DNA of 64,000 nucleotides from a virus. Lineage: Duplodnaviria > Caudoviricetes. Where the stretch lies: IMG/VR virus record IMGVR_UViG_3300013121_000024, positions 86,380-150,379 of that record; one strand, given 5' to 3'. Below, piece after piece: positions 45,425 through 55,422 of this stretch (its first letter is position 1; every line of letters starts with the position of its first letter). The notes under the pieces are model-generated. The model saw only the letters and a program-made list of their open reading frames with translations, was not told the DNA's origin and did no database searches. The position numbers and the translations under genes were made by a program.

Positions 45425-46159
45425 CTAGATTCGCAATCTAGCTTCCCATCTTAGTCGGTTGGATTCTCCGATCTTTCTTTTATGTTCTTCCGTCATGGTT
45501 CTTCGTGGTTTTCGACGGTTTGCTTCGCCTATATTCTTGCGATGCTCTTCGGTGAATGGCTTTTTAGGTTTACCTTTTAGCGCAACACTTACTTTGTATT
45601 TATGTTTTTCTGAAAGTTGACGGCCTTTTGTGTGACCTATTCTGCCGACCAAAGCTTGTCCTATTTTTTCTCGGTGTTCTTTGGTAAGGGCTTTACCCGC
45701 TTTAGCTTGTCCCAACCTTCTTCGGTGTTCTTCGGTAAATATACGACCTTTATTTTTCTCACTTATTTTTCGTTTTGCTTCTTCTGTTTTAGGTCCATGT
45801 TTTTTTCCCGTATTGGCCTTGGAAATTTTTTGGCCTATAGTAAGCAATTTATCTGGATCGGAAGTCCAGTGAGAAAAGTGGTGGTTTCGTAGGTTATAGT
45901 ATCGAACACGCAATTCTTCCTGTTTTATCATTGAAAGCCATTTGTGTTCGGCGTCATGAAGTTCCAGTTTGTTAGAATATACCTTTTGAATTGTACGTCT
46001 CTTGAAATCTTGGGGACGGTGTTTATATCCTTGTTTCATCCATCTGGAACTACAAATATATCCGTCACACTCGTTACCCCAGTGGCATCCCACATAATAC
46101 CTTTTGTGTTTCCGGTCATACCATAAGTAAACGAATCCATAATTTATTGTATTTTCCAT
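45425..46159 (-). CDS. GIY-YIG (Seg-like) homing endonuclease with NUMOD3-type repeats
   Basis: YGFVY...YYVGCH, YYNL, repeated TEEHRKxIG. Confidence 0.88.
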   Translation of the reverse strand: MENTINYGFVYLWYDRKHKRYYVGCHWGNECDGYICSSRWMKQGYKHRPQDFKRRTIQKVYSNKLELHDAEHKWLSMIKQEELRVRYYNLRNHHFSHWTSDPDKLLTIGQKISKANTGKKHGPKTEEAKRKISEKNKGRIFTEEHRRRLGQAKAGKALTKEHREKIGQALVGRIGHTKGRQLSEKHKYKVSVALKGKPKKPFTEEHRKNIGEANRRKPRRTMTEEHKRKIGESNRLRWEARLRI

Positions 46160-46163
46160 AAAA

Positions 46164-46202
46164 AAATACCTCCATAGGTGTTAAGTCTATGGAGGTATTT
46201 AG
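46164..46202 (-). promoter_or_regulatory. RBS-sequestering hairpin overlapped by late promoter CTAAATA
   Basis: 14-bp stem AAATACCTCCATAG/CTATGGAGGTATTT. Confidence 0.8.
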
Positions 46203-46250
46203 TGTGGTTCTAGATAGATTTCAAGTGTTTTGCATAAAAAAGTATCTCAA

Positions 46251-47597
46251 TCACAGTATGTTGTTGACCAATGCTTTTCGATAATACACATTGGAATCCT
46301 TTGTCAGCGCGCCGGCACCAGCGGTCAAACCTTCGGCGAATGGATTTGCTACAACTCCATAACGTGTCTTGAATCCAATCTTCGGCTGGAAGGTGGCCTG
46401 GTCAACGGCTCGTACCATCTGTAGTGGAACATATGGACAGTAGAACAATCCTGCGTCAAAAGGATTAGCTCCCTTATAACCTACTGTCATATAGTTACCA
46501 GAAGTTGCATAAGGGTCGATATACACTCTAATTCGTCCGTTAAGCACTCCGGCGAATGTATTGCCTGTATCATCAACATTCATCTGGTTGATGTTCAAGG
46601 CTGGTGTATAATCTAGTACTCCTGCCATCTGTAGAGCGGACGCGACGTCCGATGAACAAATAAGCATGTTGCCCTTACCTCTACGGGTCTCTTTTGCAAT
46701 CTTGTTAGATTCGCGTTCGATCTGGAACATAAGACCCTTGAACTTTTCAACCATCCAACGACCGTTGGAATCAGTATCGAGGTCGAAGATACCAGTTGTG
46801 GTTGTTCCTTCAGTACATCCAATCTTGCCCGTTACGTTAATTGTACGCACGATTTCACGATTGATTTCGGCTAAGATTTCGGTAGAAAGAATGTTGGATA
46901 ATTCTGTTTCAGCATCCAATCCGTGAATTGCTTTCAAATCCTGTGCAAGTTCCATTGTGTACTCTGCCTTGAGTGCTCGGCCACCTGCGGTAACCGTAAC
47001 CTTCTCAATGCTGAATGACATTTCTGGGAAAGCAACACCGGAATCAACACCAAGCTTTTCTAAATTAGCAGTACCCATGGCCTTACCGTAGTTATACACT
47101 CCGTTGGCGGCTGTGTTACCGATAGATGTGTTTGTTCCAGGGATTACACCTACGTGTTTTTGTCCAAGTGTGTTAGCACCAGAAACAATGGTGGAGAACG
47201 CGGTGTCCACTTCATTGTAGAATGTTTCATCACCTTCCTGATTCGAATAACGCGAACGCATAGCAAAGATAAGTCCTGTAGGACCCGTCATAGGCTGTAC
47301 ACCGCAGATATCATATGCAATCAAGTTAGGCATTGCACGTCTGACAAGTGAAATTAACACCGGATCGAAGGTGTCAATAGCACCAGTTGATGCGTCGGAA
47401 GAAGATGCACCCATGGCGTTAACCGGTAATGTTGAAGCTGTTTCGAACAAGTGCTGGGAAGCATCCGATCTTAAGGCTCTTTCCATATTCTCCAGGATAA
47501 CAGCCGTTGTGGCCCTTCTGTGATAATCTTTAATGGGAGCTAGATCCTCATGGTCAAGGACTGGTTCCCACTTTAATTGTAGTTCTTCTGATAACAT
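46251..47597 (-). CDS. gp23: Major capsid protein (gp23)
   Basis: DPVLISLVRRAMPNLIAYDICGVQPM, ELAQDLKAIHGLDAE, GFKTRYG. Confidence 0.98.
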   Translation of the reverse strand: MLSEELQLKWEPVLDHEDLAPIKDYHRRATTAVILENMERALRSDASQHLFETASTLPVNAMGASSSDASTGAIDTFDPVLISLVRRAMPNLIAYDICGVQPMTGPTGLIFAMRSRYSNQEGDETFYNEVDTAFSTIVSGANTLGQKHVGVIPGTNTSIGNTAANGVYNYGKAMGTANLEKLGVDSGVAFPEMSFSIEKVTVTAGGRALKAEYTMELAQDLKAIHGLDAETELSNILSTEILAEINREIVRTINVTGKIGCTEGTTTTGIFDLDTDSNGRWMVEKFKGLMFQIERESNKIAKETRRGKGNMLICSSDVASALQMAGVLDYTPALNINQMNVDDTGNTFAGVLNGRIRVYIDPYATSGNYMTVGYKGANPFDAGLFYCPYVPLQMVRAVDQATFQPKIGFKTRYGVVANPFAEGLTAGAGALTKDSNVYYRKALVNNIL

Positions 47598-47638
47598 TGA
47601 GTTTTACTCCTTGTTTTTTATTTGGTATATATACCGGG

Positions 47639-48622
47639 TTATCGCTTGACCACTGTTCGTGAAATAGCGTTGTGATATCTAGCCATTTCTGGAGTTAGTG
47701 TCTTTGTCTGGGTCTCATCTTCTCCTTCATAGGATTCGTTGAGAATATTAGTTGTCTGTGGAGGTAATGTTTTGCCCAAGAAATGATGTTCTTTGATTGT
47801 GTTTACTTTACTAACATATGTCTCAGGATCAACAAATTCCAAATCTTCTGACAACAGTGCCAATTTTTCAGACTGGGCTAGTGTAAGTCCTTCTGAAGCC
47901 TCGGAAATAATATCTTTCTTAATGAATTCGACAAGGGCTTCTTCCATGGCAAGATTGTCTCTTTCTTTTTCATTTAGAGCCGCTTCTAGTTCAGACACTC
48001 TGGATTCCATTAGTTCTAGAGCATCTTCTGACCCCTCTGGTACGTCCATATTATGCTCTATTAGTAAGTTGCGTAATCCCTCAAGTAAGCTTTCGGAAAG
48101 CTCAGATTTAAGACCACTCTCGATGGCAACTTCGTTTTCGGCTAGCCATTCATTAACAGCGCGAGTTAAGTAAGAATCTACCGAATTTATCATCTCCTCG
48201 GTCAACTGATCTGTTACAGATTCTATGGCAGAATCAAATTCTTCCTCTAACTCCAGAACTTTTTCGTTGACTTTAGCATTTACTGCTGCCTCAAAAAGGG
48301 TTGTTGCCTTTTCTTTGAATTCTTCGGTCAATTCTGTTCCATTAAACATTGCTTCGACCTCTTCCTTAGCCACGGTTTTTGCGGCAATGGAGGCCTGATT
48401 TTTTTCAGCCGTTCCGTCTGGGATTGCATCGGCTTCATGTCCTATCTGTGCTACAGAATTCCAGTACCAATGTGTGAGGTCTTCCGGATTCATTCCAGAA
48501 ATTAGTTTGGCCACATCGGCAAGAACACCTGTCTTTGTGACAATGGTTTGTCCGGCCGCTGTTGGGATTGCGTCTTCTAGAAGTTCGCTTTCCTTCACCT
48601 TTGTTTTACTCTTAGTTGCCAT
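47639..48622 (-). CDS. gp22: Prohead core scaffold (gp22)
   Basis: Acidic, LTEEFKEKATTLFEAAV, ENEVAIESGLKSE; position. Confidence 0.92.
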   Translation of the reverse strand: MATKSKTKVKESELLEDAIPTAAGQTIVTKTGVLADVAKLISGMNPEDLTHWYWNSVAQIGHEADAIPDGTAEKNQASIAAKTVAKEEVEAMFNGTELTEEFKEKATTLFEAAVNAKVNEKVLELEEEFDSAIESVTDQLTEEMINSVDSYLTRAVNEWLAENEVAIESGLKSELSESLLEGLRNLLIEHNMDVPEGSEDALELMESRVSELEAALNEKERDNLAMEEALVEFIKKDIISEASEGLTLAQSEKLALLSEDLEFVDPETYVSKVNTIKEHHFLGKTLPPQTTNILNESYEGEDETQTKTLTPEMARYHNAISRTVVKR

Positions 48623-48654
48623 TTGTATTCTCTCCTTGTGGAAACTCTAGTCCC

Positions 48655-48662
48655 TATTTATA
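48655..48662 (-). promoter_or_regulatory. Late promoter TATAAATA
   Basis: Perfect T4 consensus upstream of gp22. Confidence 0.7.
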
Positions 48663-48664
48663 AT

Positions 48665-49336
48665 TTATTGTTGTTTATCAAGTAGTTTACGAATGAAATT
48701 GTGATAAACAACATATGCTTCTTCTGCTATTTGTTTAGAAGATTTTGTTTTGAGTGTTTTTACGGTGTTTTCAATAATTCTCTGTTGCCACTCTCCAGTA
48801 AAAGTATCATAGTAATATTCTGTATTTTCCATAATACTTTTTACCCATGCATTGTGGGCACTAGGATCTGTCACAACATCTGCTACTGTAGAATATCGGA
48901 GTCCTTCTTGAACTTCCATAATACCTTTTGAATTTTGTTTAACATCACCCATGCCTCGGGTTGACACACCTAAAGAACCTCCACCTTCCATGATTCCGCG
49001 AACAATATTTCCCATTGGTGTGTCTAAAATTTTGGCTTTTCCGTAAACCTGGTTGCCATTCCATTCAAGGCTCTCGATAAGGTGACAAATACGGTCAGGA
49101 TTTATTTTAGGCCCACTTGGGTGGTCTAGTTCCCCATAAGCACGGTGTGTTTCCACCTTCTCTTTGATATAGTTATCCATGGCTTTTCTCATAATGTGCT
49201 GTGGATAAATTCTATTGTTTCGGTTGAGACTTTCTGCCTCTGCGAAAACACCGGTGATGTAGAAATTCTTTTTTCCACCTTCGGATTCTGTTATTTGATA
49301 CTTTACGTCTTCCGCAGACTCGCAAATAAGTTTCAT
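48665..49336 (-). CDS. gp21: Prohead protease (gp21)
   Basis: NRNNRIYP, GELDHP, TPMG, LGVSTRGMG, DVVTDPSA. Confidence 0.95.
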   Translation of the reverse strand: MKLICESAEDVKYQITESEGGKKNFYITGVFAEAESLNRNNRIYPQHIMRKAMDNYIKEKVETHRAYGELDHPSGPKINPDRICHLIESLEWNGNQVYGKAKILDTPMGNIVRGIMEGGGSLGVSTRGMGDVKQNSKGIMEVQEGLRYSTVADVVTDPSAHNAWVKSIMENTEYYYDTFTGEWQQRIIENTVKTLKTKSSKQIAEEAYVVYHNFIRKLLDKQQ

Positions 49337-49347
49337 TTATGCACTCC

Positions 49348-49698
49348 TTAGTTATTGGCCGTGGTTTGTTTACCTAGCTCGATGGTGCAAGCGGCTGTAC
49401 CAGATATAGTTATAACTACGTTTGCTGTGGGGTCCGACGTTATGGCCGCACCATGACCAGCATAGTCATGGAAACATGACACTGTGGAGGAGAAAATCGT
49501 ATTTGATCCTCTTGCAACAGTTACAACACCTGAGCTTCCACATGCAGCCCAAATTTTTCTTACAGTAGCACCGGCTACAACTTCATTACCAGCCGCTAAA
49601 GGCGAGGCCGAAGAATTTCCAACCACCACTACAGTATTTGTTGAGGCAGTATGAAAGACGAACGATTGTCCTCGATATTTATTGGAGAGTACTGTCAT
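49348..49698 (-). CDS. Putative virion protein
   Basis: Small beta-rich ORF in the head module. Confidence 0.55.
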   Translation of the reverse strand: MTVLSNKYRGQSFVFHTASTNTVVVVGNSSASPLAAGNEVVAGATVRKIWAACGSSGVVTVARGSNTIFSSTVSCFHDYAGHGAAITSDPTANVVITISGTAACTIELGKQTTANN

Positions 49699-50276
49699 CC
49701 TCTATCCTTATCCTTGTTTTTCTTGATGGATTGAACACTTCTGGCCAATCCATCCATAATTGATTCTAATTGTCCTGCGTAGTCTTTTATTTGCCAAGAA
49801 TCAACATAAGTCCCACCTATTATAAAAGAATTCTTAACTCCAGATTCTTCTGCGTCTTCTTTTCGTTCACAATCGGCTTTGAGCAGCTTAAGGTGAGATT
49901 GAATTACCTTGGTGGCTTCTATTGCTCTCTCTACATATCTTTCGTAAATGTCATGATCCACACCTTCCGAAAGTGTGTGATTAAAATATCCTTTTTTATC
50001 TAGTGTGATTATGGATTTCTCCAGTATGAATTTGCCTTTTTCTTTACCATACTTATTTATTAGCCTGTCATAGTTAGTTTCAATATAGGATTCATACGCC
50101 GTGTCTGGTGTATTCTTGTGTTCTACCTTTTTAGTGGTCTCTGTGTTCTCCTTATTAGGAGTAGCAAGGCCCGAAGGATCTGACACCTTCATCAGGTGTT
50201 TTCGTATGAATTTGTCTTCCGGCCCTTTACGTGAGGAACCTGTCTCGTATACTTCTCTAATGGAGTTGATTGTCAT
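49695..50276 (-). CDS. Hypothetical head-module protein
   Basis: 193 aa between gp67 and gp21. Confidence 0.55.
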   Translation of the reverse strand: MTINSIREVYETGSSRKGPEDKFIRKHLMKVSDPSGLATPNKENTETTKKVEHKNTPDTAYESYIETNYDRLINKYGKEKGKFILEKSIITLDKKGYFNHTLSEGVDHDIYERYVERAIEATKVIQSHLKLLKADCERKEDAEESGVKNSFIIGGTYVDSWQIKDYAGQLESIMDGLARSVQSIKKNKDKDRG

Positions 50277-50291
50277 TACTTGTGTTCCTTT

Positions 50292-50549
50292 TTAGAATTC
50301 TTTTTCCGGAAAAAGTTTGTAAGGATTCAATAATCTGTCTTCAAATCTTTTTCGTTTAATAGTATTGATTTCCCATTGTCTTGGACAAAGTGCCTGATAT
50401 TTGTATCTGTCGTTGGGTATTCTCCAACAAACAGGACCCTTTATTAGATATCCACTAGGTATAAAAATTTCTCTACCTAATAGATCGGCGGCCACAGGCC
50501 TGATATTAATAATGCACATTAAAACCAAAACTGTTAAACACAACCTCAT
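50292..50549 (-). CDS. Small exported hypothetical protein
   Basis: Signal-peptide-like N-terminus ending VAA. Confidence 0.45.
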   Translation of the reverse strand: MRLCLTVLVLMCIINIRPVAADLLGREIFIPSGYLIKGPVCWRIPNDRYKYQALCPRQWEINTIKRKRFEDRLLNPYKLFPEKEF

Positions 50550-51046
50550 TTGTTGTACTTATATCCTTCCGGCTTACCATCAGCGGTAACTCTTTTGCCA
50601 TCAACAGATCGTCTTATTGCCTTGAATTTAGCAGAAGGACTAGCATCGGGATAACCTTCTTCCTTGGCGGCCTTAACAGTCTTTGATAAAGCTCTTGCGG
50701 CTTTCAATCTGGCCAAAATACCTTCATTCACAGTTTCTTCTTCTTCTCCATCGGTCATATCAGTTTCGTCGGCGTACTCACCATCTACTTCTTCGTTATC
50801 CTCTGAAGTTTCTTCTTCCTCAGCGTCCTCTTCTTCTGGATCCTCGGTTTCCTCACCTTCTTCATTCTCTGGAGTTTCTTCTTCCTCATCGTCTCCTCCC
50901 GGAATCATAACAGCAGCCGATATTTCCGCCCGGCGGGCTTCCAGGGCACTTGTTACTCTTTCACGCATTAGTTCATTTAATATATTCTTGAAGGTTGCAG
51001 GATTTTCATCGATCGCTTGTTGTATAAGGTCTAGGGTGTCCGACAT
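50546..51046 (-). CDS. gp67: Prohead core protein (gp67-like) with acidic tract
   Basis: MSDTLDLIQQAID...ERVTSALEARRAEISA plus E/D-rich region. Confidence 0.7.
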   Translation of the reverse strand: MSDTLDLIQQAIDENPATFKNILNELMRERVTSALEARRAEISAAVMIPGGDDEEEETPENEEGEETEDPEEEDAEEEETSEDNEEVDGEYADETDMTDGEEEETVNEGILARLKAARALSKTVKAAKEEGYPDASPSAKFKAIRRSVDGKRVTADGKPEGYKYNK

Positions 51047-51059
51047 ATTATTTCCTCTC

Positions 51060-51689
51060 TTAATTTTTAATCTTGCTGGCCAAATAGGTACCAATTATAC
51101 CAAGGTATTCATTTTTGTTGGCTCCGGTGGATTCTCCAATAGCGGCCATAGCCAATTGATTTCTCCTCTTATTTATTTTACGGAGTTTTTTACTACGGTC
51201 TTTGATGGAAGAATCGTTTTCTAAATCTTCTTTGGCATCCATGGCCAGGTATCCCAGACCAGCAATAACGGCTCCCGGTGCTGGCCCTAGGCCCGAAAGA
51301 GCTCCAGTGACAGCCCCTGCCGCGGTCGCCGCAGCTCCCATACCAAGGGCCCGAAGAACACCTTCTTCAAGAAATTCACGAAAAGTCATTTTTCCACCAG
51401 TAAGATATTGATTTTTGGGGTATCTGCCTATTTTTAAAGGCAAGTTTTTACCACCCCATTTGAGTCCATTTTCCCGTCTTACAAGGCTATTGTACCGTTT
51501 GTCATCCATTAGTTTAGGACCGTCGGTTTTCCAATTTTTAATGCTATATTTTCGTCCTAGTATCTGTTTTTGTCTATCATCTATAGATCCAGAAGTCTTT
51601 TTTATCAAACGATCTTTTTGGTTACCACTGGCTTTATCGTAAATCCTTTTTAATTTTCCGAGTAGGCCTTCGTTAATTTGTTTCTCCAT
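51060..51689 (-). CDS. Putative internal head protein; possible internal start at 51389
   Basis: Internal MTFREFLEE and glycine zipper. Confidence 0.55.
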   Translation of the reverse strand: MEKQINEGLLGKLKRIYDKASGNQKDRLIKKTSGSIDDRQKQILGRKYSIKNWKTDGPKLMDDKRYNSLVRRENGLKWGGKNLPLKIGRYPKNQYLTGGKMTFREFLEEGVLRALGMGAAATAAGAVTGALSGLGPAPGAVIAGLGYLAMDAKEDLENDSSIKDRSKKLRKINKRRNQLAMAAIGESTGANKNEYLGIIGTYLASKIKN

Positions 51690-51704
51690 TTCGTGGTTCT
51701 CCTG

Positions 51705-53966
51705 TTAACCGTTTTGTCCATTATTCATTCCACCAGTCTCATCAACGGGTTGTGGTGGATATAATATTGGATTTTGCATCTCTTGTATTATTAGTACATC
51801 ATTTTTCTGGATTTCTTCTTCCGACTGTCTAAAGATATCTTTTCTGACAGTAGTATGAGCAAAATACTTACCTATAAATGGAGCTAATCCATTGGCGGCT
51901 TCAATTCTGGACGTCAGTATTTCAATATCCTTGAGGTCAGACCATACATTATCTTTGGCAAATCTATATCGAATATATTGTGCTATTTGTTTCCACTCGT
52001 CTACGGTGAAATATCCTTTTAACACTAACTGTTTTTCCAGAGCATCGGTGAATAAAGTGGAGAATTTTGTCCTTAATCGATCGATAAATTTGGAAAATTT
52101 TACCTCATCTCGTGATATTTGTGTCGATCGTCCTATAGTAAAAGCTTGTTCCGGATCAAGTCTGCCAATTGGAACTTGTAATGCCTTGTATAATCTTTTT
52201 TGGAAATATAGAACATCTTGCAATTCTCCAAGGTTTTGTCCGGATGGTAATGTGGATATTTCTGTACCACGACCACCTTCTCGTCTTGGCAACCAAAAGT
52301 CCTCAAGCATGGTGTTTTTTGTGAACACCCCAACATCAAGTAAATAGGTGTGGTGGCTGTGGTAGGTTTCCTCTAGGTCAACCGTCAAACATCCAACGTC
52401 CATTGTCTCAGGCAGCCATTCCACTGAAATGGCCTTATGGTTATGAAGACCTTCGGCGGTGTATCCTTTTGATGACTTAAAACTGTCATGGTTCCGATGG
52501 TGGATGGTGTTCTTTTCTTCTTCCAAGTATTGTGGTTGATGTGCTATTTCTTCACGAATGCCCATTTTGTCTTTCCAGCGAGCAACTTCGAGATGTGTAA
52601 AGGCCCAGTCTTTGGTATCATTTCTATAAATTTGTTCATACTCGGATGTTGATTTATTAATTTTTGCCTTACGTCTATAGCCAGGAATAACCGATTCTCC
52701 GACCAAATGTTGAGCCTCAATAAATCCCTTTCCCCAAACCGGAAACTTATGGTCAGGGGTGCAAATAACACTCTCTCCATTGTCAAAAGTAACTTTGACA
52801 ACCTGAGAGTCCTTTATGGTAACTCCTGCCCAAGACACAGGCCCAGGGGCAAACTTGCCCGTAACCGGATCACACGAATAGACCCAATTCTTTTTACCGG
52901 CCTGATGTTCGGTTGTTATTTCTTCAAGAGTTAAAGTTCGACCATCCAAAAGTGGAACTTTTGTTTTCATATCCAAACACATAAACTTCCTTGAATCTCT
53001 GACCTCACCAGAAGATGCATCATAAACCAATTTGTTACGGTGTTTGGCCATCATGTCGGCCAAGTGTTGTTCGGCTTTGATTTTAGGTAAGTTACCAACG
53101 TCAATGTAGAAAATACGACGTTCTGGTGCACGTGATATTCTGTAAATTAGGGTTGCATCTTCCAATATTCTTAGCTGATTAAGTGGTTTGATAGCTTGGT
53201 GTAAATATCCAAGAGTCATTATTCCTTTGGAATCTGTTATTCCAGAAGTCACATGTAATATTGAATCCTTGGCAATCTTAAGTCCTGTTGCTGTTGTTCC
53301 ATATCCACCTGCCGCTCCGACATAAGATTGTCCTACGGAACCACTTTCTTTCTTTCCGGCAAATCCCTTTTCGTTGTATAAGTAATATTCTGATACGGTT
53401 TGTGTTATATCAACGGACTGTCCATTTTTATTAACTGGCATGCGTTGTTTTTTTACTTCGCGTATTTTTTTGATTTTTCGAGGATCGATATACCTGAATT
53501 CTTTGACACCATCTAGAGGATTATTTTCGTCTATGATGGCATGATATATTAGACGACCATCAACATACCATCTTCGGAAAATATTATAACAGTGTCTATC
53601 ATAATCCAGAAGACGGAGTATGTTTCTGAATTCGGCAAGAATTATTTCTTTTGTTTTTGGTTGTAGAGAGAGGTCGTCCAGCAATATATCCACAGATTGT
53701 TGAGTCTCATCTATGGTTATAGCTTCATCCATAATGTTGGTAATGGCCTCATCCACTTCAGATTGTAAGGCCATTTCCCTATACTTTGTAACCAGTTCGG
53801 CTTCTGTTTTTACCGAACCTTCAAGATCGACATAGGTTCCATATGAACCTCCGGTAGCCATAATTACGGTAGCGCCGTCGTCTTTTACTTCCGGTGCAAA
53901 AGATTGTTGTGTTTTGGGGTTTTCCTCATTTTTTCGAAAGGAATAACCGAAAAGTTCAAATGCCAT
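51705..53966 (-). CDS. gp20: Portal protein (gp20) containing an intein
   Basis: RRWYVDGR, RAPERRIFYIDVGNLPK, MLEDFWLPRREGGRGTEI. Confidence 0.97.
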   Translation of the reverse strand: MAFELFGYSFRKNEENPKTQQSFAPEVKDDGATVIMATGGSYGTYVDLEGSVKTEAELVTKYREMALQSEVDEAITNIMDEAITIDETQQSVDILLDDLSLQPKTKEIILAEFRNILRLLDYDRHCYNIFRRWYVDGRLIYHAIIDENNPLDGVKEFRYIDPRKIKKIREVKKQRMPVNKNGQSVDITQTVSEYYLYNEKGFAGKKESGSVGQSYVGAAGGYGTTATGLKIAKDSILHVTSGITDSKGIMTLGYLHQAIKPLNQLRILEDATLIYRISRAPERRIFYIDVGNLPKIKAEQHLADMMAKHRNKLVYDASSGEVRDSRKFMCLDMKTKVPLLDGRTLTLEEITTEHQAGKKNWVYSCDPVTGKFAPGPVSWAGVTIKDSQVVKVTFDNGESVICTPDHKFPVWGKGFIEAQHLVGESVIPGYRRKAKINKSTSEYEQIYRNDTKDWAFTHLEVARWKDKMGIREEIAHQPQYLEEEKNTIHHRNHDSFKSSKGYTAEGLHNHKAISVEWLPETMDVGCLTVDLEETYHSHHTYLLDVGVFTKNTMLEDFWLPRREGGRGTEISTLPSGQNLGELQDVLYFQKRLYKALQVPIGRLDPEQAFTIGRSTQISRDEVKFSKFIDRLRTKFSTLFTDALEKQLVLKGYFTVDEWKQIAQYIRYRFAKDNVWSDLKDIEILTSRIEAANGLAPFIGKYFAHTTVRKDIFRQSEEEIQKNDVLIIQEMQNPILYPPQPVDETGGMNNGQNG
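52314..52979 (-). mobile_element. Intein (222 aa) in the portal gene, with degenerate HNH remnant
   Basis: KFM|CLDMKT, CTPDHKF, TIHHRNHD, GVFTKN|TMLEDFW. Confidence 0.9.
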
Positions 53967-53989
53967 ACTATATTAATCCTTTCTGGATT

Positions 53990-54574
53990 TTACTGGAAGT
54001 CAGCAGGAACACCAGAGGTGTTACCATCTGTTGGTAACCAGTAATCATAAGAGAATTTCACGTTGTATTCTTCAATCCTATCATTTTGTCCCCAGTCTAC
54101 ACCGATTGCATCGACGTCCATTGGCCATAGTCCGGAGAAAAAGTACGATCTAATTATTTTTCCTTCAACGGGTCCGGCCTTTGAATATTGATTTACAATG
54201 GCAGAACCTTTGATATTAATGGCTTCCGAATTTGTTCCTTCTTCCATCACGTTTGGAATTACACTATTTACTGTGGCGTGCCAACGTTCAAAGAATTTTC
54301 TTAATGTAAAGTCCTCATCATTAAGAATGCTTACGGCCCAAGCTCCATATGTTCTATCGCCTGGATACCGTATTTTACGACCAAAGTATGGTACTTCTAC
54401 CACTCCTATGGATGATTCTGGTAATGAAGCAGCTTTAATAAGGAATGAATGCTTGTCATTGAAATTAGAATCAGCCAATCCAGCAGGAGGGCTAAGAATA
54501 ACCTCAAATAGTGTAGGCCTTGCACCCATGAAATTCAAGCCTTTGGCTGCAAAAGTATTAAGGTCAAGTGGCAT
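53990..54574 (-). CDS. gp19: Tail tube protein (gp19)
   Basis: GARPTLFEV, PYFGRKI..GDRT, NDEDF, FSYDYW. Confidence 0.95.
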   Translation of the reverse strand: MPLDLNTFAAKGLNFMGARPTLFEVILSPPAGLADSNFNDKHSFLIKAASLPESSIGVVEVPYFGRKIRYPGDRTYGAWAVSILNDEDFTLRKFFERWHATVNSVIPNVMEEGTNSEAINIKGSAIVNQYSKAGPVEGKIIRSYFFSGLWPMDVDAIGVDWGQNDRIEEYNVKFSYDYWLPTDGNTSGVPADFQ

Positions 54575-54612
54575 TTTTTGTTTTCTCCTTTAGGATTATT
54601 AATTGGTGGAGC

Positions 54613-54620
54613 TATTTATA
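54613..54620 (-). promoter_or_regulatory. Late promoter TATAAATA
   Basis: Upstream of gp19, overlapping the endonuclease stop. Confidence 0.65.
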
Positions 54621-55332
54621 TCGCTGATATTTCTACCGTGTATTTAGTTTTACGTGTACCAAGTTTGGCTTGCCTCATTTTCTCTTTTGATTCTTCCGAG
54701 TGCTTCCGACCGGTCATTCCTGCACCAATTCTCAAACCTTCCTTGTGTTGACGTTTCATATTTTCAGATAACTTTCTTCTGTGTTCCTGGCTTCTATTTT
54801 TTGCGGCACTGGACATCCTGGCCAAAAAGATTGGATCTGAATAGTCTCGGTGTGTGTTAGCGATCCTTTTTTGTATTTGTTCCGGTGACTGTTTATGTCC
54901 TAATTTTGCATGTCTCATTTTCTCTTTTGATTCTTCCGAGTGTGTTTTACCTTGCCAGTAAGCTTCATTTTCCTCATAGTATGTTTTTAGTTTGGTACGA
55001 ATTTTTTCTCCAATAGTACCGGATTTAGATTTATCGGCCGTCCAGTGGCCGAAATGGTGGTTATGTAGGTTATAATATCGTGTTCTGAGTTCTTCCGGTT
55101 TTATCATTGAAAGCCAACGATATTCGGCTTCTAATAAATCAGTTTTAGAGGTATATATTTTCTCGACAATTCTCCTTTTGAAATCTACCGGTCGTCGTTT
55201 AAATGCATGTTTCATGTTGGTAGAAGAACACACATAACCGTCATCCTCTCGTCCCCAGTGGCATCCTACATAATACCTTTTGTGTTTACGGTCATACCAC
55301 AAGTAAACGAATCCATATTCCTCTGTTATCAT
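54616..55332 (-). CDS. GIY-YIG (Seg-like) homing endonuclease, paralog of 45425-46159
   Basis: Identical YGFVYLWYDRKHKRYYVGCHWG; HSEESKEKMR repeats. Confidence 0.88.
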   Translation of the reverse strand: MITEEYGFVYLWYDRKHKRYYVGCHWGREDDGYVCSSTNMKHAFKRRPVDFKRRIVEKIYTSKTDLLEAEYRWLSMIKPEELRTRYYNLHNHHFGHWTADKSKSGTIGEKIRTKLKTYYEENEAYWQGKTHSEESKEKMRHAKLGHKQSPEQIQKRIANTHRDYSDPIFLARMSSAAKNRSQEHRRKLSENMKRQHKEGLRIGAGMTGRKHSEESKEKMRQAKLGTRKTKYTVEISAI

Positions 55333-55335
55333 CTA

Positions 55336-55374
55336 AAATACCTCCATAGTTGGTTAGTCTATGGAGGTATTTAG
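55336..55374 (-). promoter_or_regulatory. RBS-sequestering hairpin overlapped by late promoter CTAAATA
   Basis: Same 14-bp stem as 46164-46200, different loop. Confidence 0.8.
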
Positions 55375-55422
55375 CGTTATTCTAGTTCACTTCCAAGAGT
55401 TTTACATAAAAAAGTGACCAAA

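Noticed and set aside
50664-51224. Ser-rich plus-strand ORFs
   Set aside because: Mirror of the Glu-rich tract of the gp67-like gene
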